Origin: Nitriliruptorales bacterium
GTDB lineage: Bacteria > Actinomycetota > Nitriliruptoria > Nitriliruptorales > Nitriliruptoraceae
DNA length: 43,169 bases
Assembly (NCBI GenBank): GCA_036396595.1
Contig: DASWKO010000007.1
Coordinates: 1-43,169, forward strand
Direction: 5' to 3'
Shown here piece after piece: positions 36,864-43,169 of this stretch (position 1 is its first letter; the number at the start of each line of letters is the position of its first letter). Position numbers and translations under genes: made by a program. The notes under the pieces were generated by a model that ran no database searches, was not told where the DNA came from, and was given only the letters and a program-made list of their open reading frames with translations.

Positions 36864-36983
36864 GTCGAGCGCCTCACCTGATCGGGGTCGGTGCCACCCG
36901 AGCTGGACGGGTGTCATGACCCGTGAGGATACGTCGGCTCAGCCCGTCGGCGACGAACGGCGGCGTGGCCGTGCGGAGGCCGC

Positions 36984-37240
36984 GAGCCGCCCCCCGTCCG
37001 CGCCCAGCAAACCCCCGCATCCGGTGGTTTGTGCGCAGCCCAGGGCCACCGCCGCCCGTCCGCGCCCAGCAAACCACCGCATCCGGTGGTTTCTGCGCAG
37101 CCCAAGGCCACCGCCGCCCGTCCGCACCCAGCAAACCACCGCATCCGGTGGTTTGTGCGCAGCCCAGGGCCACCGCCGCCCGTCCGCGCCCAGCAAACCA
37201 CCGCATCCGGTGGTTCTGCGCAGCCCAGGGCCACCGCCGC
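36984..37240. repeat. 62-bp tandem minisatellite: degenerate stub, 3 full units (37005, 37067, 37129) and a 50-bp truncated unit (37191), each with hairpin AAACCACCG-CATC-CGGTGGTTT
   Basis: Period and units read directly. Units differ from unit 3 by 1, 3 and 2 changes. The array ends 7 nt from the acyl-CoA dehydrogenase stop. Confidence 0.9.
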
Positions 37241-37246
37241 GCGGGC

Positions 37247-38344
37247 TCAGAAGCCCACGGCGTCGGCCAGCCGGGCGCGCCAGGCGCTGGGCACACCGAA
37301 CAGGAGCTGGGCGCCCTTGGCGCGCTTGAAGTACAGGTGGGCGTCGTGCTCCCAGGTGAAGCCGATGCCCCCGTGGACCTGGATGTTGTACGCCGCCGCC
37401 TCGTAGGCGACCTGGGTCGCGCGGGCCTTGGCCATCGGCGCGGCGATCGCCAGCTCCTCGCCGTCGCCCTCCTGCAGGACCCGGGCCGCGTGGTAGGCGG
37501 CGGACTTGGCTGATTCCGTGCCGACGAGCACGTCGGCCAGACCGTGCTTGATGGCCTGGAACGAGCCGATGGCGCGGCCGAACTGCTTGCGCGTCCTGGC
37601 GTACTCGACCCCCATCTCGAGCACCCGCTGGGACAGGCCCGCCGACTCACACGCCAGCAGCACCGCCGCCCGCGTGACCACCGCCTCGAGTACGTCGCGC
37701 GCCGGAGCGCCCTCCAGACGCCCGCTCGGCTGGGTCCCGTCCAGGGTGATGGTCGCCTGCTTGCGGGTCAGGTCCATGACATCCATCGGTTCCCGCGTCA
37801 GCCCGTCGGCGTCGCCGTCGACCAGGTACAGGCTCTCGTCCCCGCCGGTGCCTGCGTGGACGACCAGCGTGTCGGCGGTGTGCCCGTCCAGCACGAACCG
37901 TGCCGTGCCGTACAACGCACCGCCGCGCACCTCGACGGGGGCGCCCCCGACGACGCCGTCGGCCGGGGCGGTCACCGCGAGACGTCGTTGACCGCTGGCG
38001 ACACCTCCCAGCAGCTCGGCTCTCTGCTCCTCGGAGCCAGCCAGCTCGACCGCCGACGCCCCGAGCACGACGGTCGACAGGTACGGCGCACAGAACAGCG
38101 CGCGACCGTGCTCCTCGAACAGCACGGACTGCTCGACCCAGCCGTAGCCGGCGCCGCCGTACTCCTCGGGGATGGCCATGGCCTGCCAGCCCATCGCCGC
38201 GACCTCGTTCCAGTCGTCCTGCGCGAACCCGGTCCCGGTGTCCATCAGCTCGCGCACGCGCTCGGGGGCCGAGCGGGCGTCGAGGAACTTGCGGGCGGTC
38301 TGACGGAGCAGGTCCTGCTCCTCGGTGAAGATCAGCGGCTTCAC
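37247..38344 (-). CDS. Acyl-CoA dehydrogenase family protein
   Basis: C-terminal IQVHGGIGFTWEHDAHLYFKRAK. GTG at 38344 with GGGAGA 6 nt upstream; the track ORF N-terminal extension is rejected. Confidence 0.85.
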   Translation of the reverse strand: MKPLIFTEEQDLLRQTARKFLDARSAPERVRELMDTGTGFAQDDWNEVAAMGWQAMAIPEEYGGAGYGWVEQSVLFEEHGRALFCAPYLSTVVLGASAVELAGSEEQRAELLGGVASGQRRLAVTAPADGVVGGAPVEVRGGALYGTARFVLDGHTADTLVVHAGTGGDESLYLVDGDADGLTREPMDVMDLTRKQATITLDGTQPSGRLEGAPARDVLEAVVTRAAVLLACESAGLSQRVLEMGVEYARTRKQFGRAIGSFQAIKHGLADVLVGTESAKSAAYHAARVLQEGDGEELAIAAPMAKARATQVAYEAAAYNIQVHGGIGFTWEHDAHLYFKRAKGAQLLFGVPSAWRARLADAVGF

Positions 38345-38409
38345 GGGCGGTCTCCCGGTGGTGTCGCGCGTCGGACGTGTCAGGTCGTGTACGTCAGCTC
38401 GTCCCGCGG

Positions 38410-39606
38410 TCAGCGCGGGACCTGTTTCCACGGGACGTTCTTGTCGACGCGTGGCTCGCCGGGCAGCCCCAGCACCCGCTCGCCGAGGATGTTGCGCATG
38501 ATCTCGGAGGTCCCGCCCTCGATCGAGTTCGCGCGCGCCCGCAGGAACAGCCGGTGCGGGGAAGGGGTGCGGTTGGCGGTCAGCTCGGGCCGGGAGAAGT
38601 CGTACCCGCCCGGCAGCAGCATGCCCTCGGAGCCGAGCAGTTCCATGGTGAACGAGCTGATCTCCTTGTTGAGGTCGGCCCAGTTGAGCTTGGCCGTCGA
38701 GCCCTCGGGGCCGGGCGTGCCCTGCTTGGCGTTCTCGCTGGCGCGCAGGGCGGTCAGCCGCAGCGCCTCGGCCTCGATCCACAGCCGTGCGAGCTCGTCG
38801 CGGGCCACGTCGTCACCAGCGGCGTGCTCCTTGAAGGCCGTCACGGCGTGGCTGATGGCGCCCGAGCCGCGGGGCGGGGTACCGCCGCCGATCGCCACGC
38901 GCTCGTTCATCAGCGTCGCCATCGAGACCGACCAGCCCTGGCCGACCTCGCCGATGCGGTTCTCGTCGGGGATGTGGACGTCATCGAAGTAGACCTCGTT
39001 GAACTCGGCCTCGCCGGTGATCTGGTACAGCGGCCGGACGTCGACGCCGTCGGACTCCATGTCCACGACGAAGTACGTCAGCCCCGCGTGCTTGGGCACA
39101 TCCGGGTCGGTTCGGGTGACCAGCATCCCCCACCGGGAGATGTGGGCGATCGTGGTCCAGACCTTCTGGCCGTTCACGATCCACTCGTCACCGTCCTGGA
39201 CGGCCGACGTGGACAGTCCCGCGAGGTCGGATCCGGCGCCCGGCTCGCTGAAGAGCTGGCACCAGAACTCCTCCATGGTCCACATCGGCCGCAGCCAGCG
39301 GTCCTGCTGCCCATCGGTGCCGTGGGCGACGAGTGTCCCGCCGCCCATGCCGATGCCGATGAGGTTGAGCTGCTTGTTGCGGAAGTTGGCCCCGGCGTCG
39401 GTCAGCTCCTTGTCGATGTACTTCTGATGACGCGGCGACAGGCCCAGCCCGCCCTTGCCTTCCGGGAACTGGATCCACGCCAGGCCCAGGTCGAACTGGC
39501 GGCCCCAGAACTCCTGGTCGTCGGTCGTCGCCGGGGGGGCCTCGTCGAGCAGTTGCTGGATGCGCTGGTCGATCAGGGCGCGCCCGTCGGTGGTCTGGTC
39601 ACTCAC
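38410..39606 (-). CDS. Acyl-CoA dehydrogenase family protein
   Basis: LFSEPGAGSDLAGL, DEWIVNGQKVWTT, IEGGTSEIMRNILGERVLGLP. GTG at 39606 with GGAG upstream. Confidence 0.85.
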   Translation of the reverse strand: MSDQTTDGRALIDQRIQQLLDEAPPATTDDQEFWGRQFDLGLAWIQFPEGKGGLGLSPRHQKYIDKELTDAGANFRNKQLNLIGIGMGGGTLVAHGTDGQQDRWLRPMWTMEEFWCQLFSEPGAGSDLAGLSTSAVQDGDEWIVNGQKVWTTIAHISRWGMLVTRTDPDVPKHAGLTYFVVDMESDGVDVRPLYQITGEAEFNEVYFDDVHIPDENRIGEVGQGWSVSMATLMNERVAIGGGTPPRGSGAISHAVTAFKEHAAGDDVARDELARLWIEAEALRLTALRASENAKQGTPGPEGSTAKLNWADLNKEISSFTMELLGSEGMLLPGGYDFSRPELTANRTPSPHRLFLRARANSIEGGTSEIMRNILGERVLGLPGEPRVDKNVPWKQVPR

Positions 39607-39772
39607 GTTCGCTCCGGGTGCATCGTGTCGGTCCGTGACCCCCAACCCTACGCGCTGTACCGCGCAGCACCCGAGTCGAGCCGCACGCAGCCCACCTACC
39701 GCGCCCGTCACGGTGGTAGCGTCGCGCGAGGGGAGCCGGGGAAGGCTGCACAGGCGCCGACCCGGAGCAAGC

Positions 39773-40708
39773 GTGTCCACGACCCGACCGTCGCACGACC
39801 TGTCCACCAGATCCGTGACGCTGCACGGCCACCGCGTGACCTACCGCGAGGCCGGTCCCGCCGATGGCCAGCGCGTCGTCCTGCTGCACGGCATGGTCGG
39901 CAGCTCGCGGAGCTGGATGCCGATCCTGCCGCAGCTCACCGAGCACCACCGCGTGCTCGCACCGGACCTGCTGGGACACGGTCAGTCGGCCAAGCCGCGC
40001 GGCGACTACTCGCCGGGCGCCTTCGCGTCGGGGGTCCGCGACCTCATGGTCGCCGTCGGCTGGGAGCGTGCCTCGATCGTGGGGCACTCCCTCGGCGGGG
40101 GCGTGGCGATGCAGTTCGCCTACCAGTTCCCCCACATGAGCGAACGGCTCGTGCTGGTCGGCAGCGGCGGGCTCGGCCGCGGCGTGGGTGCGATCCTGAA
40201 GGCCTGCTCGCTGCCGGGCGCCGAGCTGGTGCTGCCGCTGGTCATGAACCGGCGCCTGGTGAGCCTCGGTGCCAAGCTGCACCGGCTCGTCCACCGCCTG
40301 CCGGTGCCGTTGCCGGCGGCCTTCGACGAGGTGAGCCCCTCGTACGCCTCCCTGACCGAGACCGAGGCACGCCTGGCGTTCGTACACACGATCCGTAGCT
40401 GCATCGATGTGTTCGGCCAGCGCATCGACGCGTCGGATCGGCTCTACCTGACCAGCCGCATGCCCACGCTGATCATGTGGGGGACCGACGATCCGATCAT
40501 CCCGGTGCGCCACGGCAAGCGCGCGCACGAGCTGGCCACCAACAGCCAGCTCGAGCTGTTCGAGGGCGCCGGACACTGGCCGCACTACGACGATCCCGAG
40601 CAGTTCCTGGACAGGTTGCTGGCGTTTCTCGACCACACCCAGCCGTCGCACGGCGGCGCGTTCGACTTCCGCAGCCAGATCCTCGAGCAGACCGCGACCG
40701 CGAGCTGA
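39773..40708 (+). CDS. Alpha/beta hydrolase fold protein
   Basis: Nucleophile elbow GHSLGGG; VVLLHGM; C-terminal GAGHWPHYDDPEQF. GTG at 39773 lies 5 nt after GGAG. Confidence 0.85.
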   Translation: MSTTRPSHDLSTRSVTLHGHRVTYREAGPADGQRVVLLHGMVGSSRSWMPILPQLTEHHRVLAPDLLGHGQSAKPRGDYSPGAFASGVRDLMVAVGWERASIVGHSLGGGVAMQFAYQFPHMSERLVLVGSGGLGRGVGAILKACSLPGAELVLPLVMNRRLVSLGAKLHRLVHRLPVPLPAAFDEVSPSYASLTETEARLAFVHTIRSCIDVFGQRIDASDRLYLTSRMPTLIMWGTDDPIIPVRHGKRAHELATNSQLELFEGAGHWPHYDDPEQFLDRLLAFLDHTQPSHGGAFDFRSQILEQTATAS

Positions 40709-40738
40709 GGCCCGCTCGCCACGGGGCGCACCCAGGTA

Positions 40739-42475
40739 GTGTCCAGGGCCGTCGAGACGCGGGAGCACCGGGTGGGGGTCCACGAGTTCGCTGACGAGGC
40801 GCTTCGGAACTTCCTGTCCTGGGAGCCTCTGGGGGCCAGCGTCCTCGGTCTGCACGACCTGGGTCTGGACGGTGAGCTGTCGGACTGGTCCGAGGAGGGC
40901 GCCGAGGAGCAGCGCGCGGGGATCCAGCGGTTGCGCGCGCGCCTGCACGAGGAGTTCGATCCCGACGACCTGCCCCTGCAGGAGCGGGTGACCTGGGACA
41001 TGCTGGACCGCGAGCTCCACGAGCGCCGGGAGTCGCTCGACGCCGCCATGGAGGAGTTCGCCGTCGCCCCCTTCTTCGTCGGGGCGCAGGCGCAGCTTCT
41101 GCAGTTCATCCCCAAGACCCAGACACCACGGGCGGACCTGGCCGAAGCGCGGCTGGAACGGCTGGCCGGCATCCCACGGATGCTGCGCCAGGCCGCCGAG
41201 CGGCTGCGGGCGGGTGTCGTCAAGGGCCGCACGCCGGCGGCCCGTGCCGCCCGCGGTGCGATCTCGCAGATCGAGGGCTACCTGGCATCGGACCTCGACG
41301 GTGACATCCTCGTCGGCGAGCCGCCCGTGGGCCTGGATGATCCCGGAGGCTGGCAGGCGCGTGCCGAGGCCATCGTCGGTGACCAGGTGCGCCCGGCGAT
41401 GTCGAGATTCCGCGACCACGTCCGTGACGTGGTGCTGCCCGCTGGCCGTGCCGACGACCGCGCCGGCCTGGTGCACCTGCCGGACGGCGAGCGCCTGTAC
41501 GCCGTCGCTGCGCGCCACGCCACGTCCACCGACCGGACCCCTGACGAGATCCACCAGCTCGGTCGCGACCTGATCGACCGGCTCGACGACGAGTACGCCG
41601 TGATCGCTCCCACGGTCCTCGGCACGGCCGACCGGGAGGCGATCCTGCGCCGGATGCGCGAGGACAGAGAGCTGTGCTACGGGACCCGCGAGGAGATGGT
41701 GGCGGACGGTGAGAAGGCGATCAGGGCCGCCTCCGCCGAGGCGCCTGCGTGGTTCGGTCGCACCCCCGCCGAGGACTGCGTGGTCCGCCGGGTCGGTGCC
41801 TTCGAGGAGGCGACCGCGCCGCCGGCCTACTACACCCCGCCGGCGACGGACGGCTCGCGTCCCGGCGTGTACTGGATCAACACCTACGAGCCGCAGACGC
41901 GGCAGCGCTACCTCTCGGAGTCGATCGCCTTCCACGAGGCGGTGCCCGGCCACCACTTCCAGATCGCGCTGGCGCAGAACCTCGACGGGCTGCCGCTGTA
42001 CCGGCGCGTGTCCTCGATCAACGCGTACGCAGAGGGGTGGGGGCTGTACGCCGAGCGGCTGGCCGACGAGATGGGGCTGTACTCGTCGCAGCTCATGCGG
42101 CTCGGGATGCTGGCGACCGACTCGTGGCGGGCGTGCCGGCTGGTGGTGGACACGGGTCTGCACCACCTGGGGTGGAGCCGCCAGCAGGCGGTCGACTGGA
42201 TGGGCGCCAACAGCCCGGTCGAGCGCGGCACGATCGAGGTCGAGGTCGACCGCTACATCGCGATGCCCGGGCAGGCGCTCGGCTACATGGTCGGCCGGAT
42301 CGAGATCGTTGCGCTGCGCGAGGAGGCGCAGCGCCGGTTGGGCGATCGTTTCGACATCCGGGGCTTCCACGACACCGTCCTGGGGTCGGGGTCGCTGCCC
42401 CTCACCACCCTCCGCCTGGTCGTCGAGGCCTGGATCGACCGCATCGTGACCACCCAACCGGCCCGACGCGCGTGA
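40739..42475 (+). CDS. DUF885 domain-containing protein (metallopeptidase-like HExxH variant)
   Basis: FHEAVPGHHFQ, YAEGWGLYAERL, VDRYIAMPGQALGYMVG are typical of DUF885. Confidence 0.8.
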   Translation: MSRAVETREHRVGVHEFADEALRNFLSWEPLGASVLGLHDLGLDGELSDWSEEGAEEQRAGIQRLRARLHEEFDPDDLPLQERVTWDMLDRELHERRESLDAAMEEFAVAPFFVGAQAQLLQFIPKTQTPRADLAEARLERLAGIPRMLRQAAERLRAGVVKGRTPAARAARGAISQIEGYLASDLDGDILVGEPPVGLDDPGGWQARAEAIVGDQVRPAMSRFRDHVRDVVLPAGRADDRAGLVHLPDGERLYAVAARHATSTDRTPDEIHQLGRDLIDRLDDEYAVIAPTVLGTADREAILRRMREDRELCYGTREEMVADGEKAIRAASAEAPAWFGRTPAEDCVVRRVGAFEEATAPPAYYTPPATDGSRPGVYWINTYEPQTRQRYLSESIAFHEAVPGHHFQIALAQNLDGLPLYRRVSSINAYAEGWGLYAERLADEMGLYSSQLMRLGMLATDSWRACRLVVDTGLHHLGWSRQQAVDWMGANSPVERGTIEVEVDRYIAMPGQALGYMVGRIEIVALREEAQRRLGDRFDIRGFHDTVLGSGSLPLTTLRLVVEAWIDRIVTTQPARRA

Positions 42476-43057
42476 CTCACACGTGCCACGTGTCGATGCC
42501 AGGCGCACCCGGACTGGACACCCGACCAGATCAAAGGCGCCCTGCTGTCGTCGGCGGCCCCCGGACCGGTCGGTGACGCCAACGTCGACGGCCAGGGCGC
42601 GCTCGACGTGCTCGCCGCTCACGAGCTGGCCGACCCGGCGCCCGCGAACGTGGGCCTTGCCCGCAGCGACGGCAGCGGCACGCTGGCGGCATCACGTGGC
42701 ACGCTCGAGATCGCGCTCACCGACACCACCGAGCAGGTCGTCGAGACCACCACCTGCACGGAAAAGACGACTTCCGGTGGCCTGCTGGGTCGGTTGATCA
42801 AGACCCTGGTGTGCGTGGTCGAGGAGACGATCGAGGTCACCACGGTCCTGCTGACCGTGCTCGACGACACCACCAACCTCACCGCGCAGAACCTGGAGTT
42901 CGACGCCGAAGCCTTCTTGAACGACCCGTGGACCGAGGCCTCCTGGACGGGCTCGCAGTGGTATGGCAGCCAGTGGTACGGCAGCCAGTGGTACGGCAGC
43001 CAGTGGTACGGCTCCCAGTGGTACGGCTCCCAGTGGTACGGCAGCCAGTGGTACTGA
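42476..43057 (+). pseudogene. S8 (subtilase) peptidase C-terminal fragment lacking the catalytic domain; a residual 149-codon ORF from GTG 42608 ends in GSQWY x7
   Basis: AHPDWTPDQIKGALLSSA..DGQGALDV matches the segment that follows the catalytic Ser helix in subtilases. The frame opens only at 42476, directly after the DUF885 TGA. I saw no D/H/S triad region in any upstream frame. Confidence 0.5.
42950..43054 (+). repeat. 15-bp x 7 in-frame tandem repeat encoding GSQWY
   Basis: ggctcgcagtggtat, ggcagccagtggtac x3, ggctcccagtggtac x2, ggcagccagtggtac, then TGA. Confidence 0.95.
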
Positions 43058-43071
43058 GAGGGGCACGCCCG

Positions 43072-43169
43072 ATGGCGCCGCGCACACCCCGACCCGAGCG
43101 GGTCCCCGGCTACATCGCCGGGCTCACCCTGATCGGCTGGCCACTCAGCTACTGGCTGGCTGTGGGTGA
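43072..43169 (+). CDS. Start of an uncharacterised membrane protein (partial, runs off the window)
   Basis: ATG at 43072 preceded by GAGAGGGG. Translation is MAPRTPRPERVPGYIAGLTLIGWPLSYWLAVG (charged head, then a hydrophobic segment). Only 32 codons are visible. Confidence 0.3.
   Translation, partial: MAPRTPRPERVPGYIAGLTLIGWPLSYWLAVG

Noticed and set aside
36914-37234. ORFs of 85-225 aa crossing the 62-bp repeats on both strands
   Set aside because: The period is not divisible by 3, so each unit is read in a different frame. The translations are repeat artefacts (for example the PPDAVVCWARTGGGG variants).
36984-37240. Possible CRISPR array
   Set aside because: The entire 62-bp period is repeated nearly identically, so there are no unique spacers. 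No cas genes are in the window. It is a tandem minisatellite rather than a CRISPR.
42473-42493. TGA read-through or selenocysteine recoding that would fuse DUF885 to the S8 fragment, since they share a frame and a palindrome follows the stop
   Set aside because: Frame identity has a one-in-three chance. The palindrome ACACGTG-C-CACGTGT leaves a 1-nt loop and does not resemble a bacterial SECIS element. DUF885 appears complete at its normal length. No supporting evidence is obtainable from the sequence.
39599-42622. 1007-aa minus-strand ORF
   Set aside because: It is antisense to the alpha/beta hydrolase and DUF885 genes, which have clear motifs and proper third-position GC bias. Its composition is shadow-like (R, G, P, A, V, D), and it has no recognisable domain.

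Overview
This is a very GC-rich, actinobacterial-style chromosomal segment. A strong G/C preference at third codon positions separates the real reading frames from the many long Arg/Pro/Gly-rich shadow ORFs in the track. I call about 45 protein genes, nearly all ordinary metabolic, envelope or housekeeping functions. They include VOC/glyoxalase, an HD-GYP+LuxR regulator, NUDIX, MFS, two TetR regulators, a GT4 glycosyltransferase, an acyl-CoA desaturase and a YbdL-like aminotransferase plus YafV-like amidase. They also include SDRs, crotonase, WS/DGAT, Na/Pi cotransporter+PhoU, MaoC, LCP, a serine hydrolase-ALDH-ABC operon, phenylalanine hydroxylase and a PaaI thioesterase. The rest are a Tat-MBL hydrolase, endonuclease IV, a galactose-oxidase-like protein, EngB, an O-methyltransferase, MsrA, two acyl-CoA dehydrogenases, an alpha/beta hydrolase and DUF885. 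I saw no rRNA, tRNA, CRISPR array, transposase/integrase or recognisable defence or toxin system. The only selfish-element-like gene is a 5'-truncated DUF222-type HNH endonuclease at the left edge. The most interesting signals are mostly outside standard annotation: (1) a 62-bp hairpin-bearing tandem minisatellite between an acyl-CoA dehydrogenase gene and msrA; (2) a multi-hairpin RNA candidate with C-rich loops and a clean intrinsic terminator in the GT4-desaturase spacer; (3) a headless S8 peptidase C-terminal fragment that begins in-frame right after the DUF885 stop codon and ends in seven GSQWY repeats; (4) a membrane-tethered copper-radical-oxidase-like gene coupled to an uncharacterised two-repeat exported protein whose predicted mature N-terminus is histidine; (5) an 18-bp perfect palindrome present twice at the 3' end of the HNH gene; (6) a hidden 41-codon Lys-rich ORF with a strong Shine-Dalgarno. 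None of these is demonstrably a new system from sequence alone. All product calls come from motifs recognised by eye, with no searches run. Start codons are best guesses from RBS spacing.
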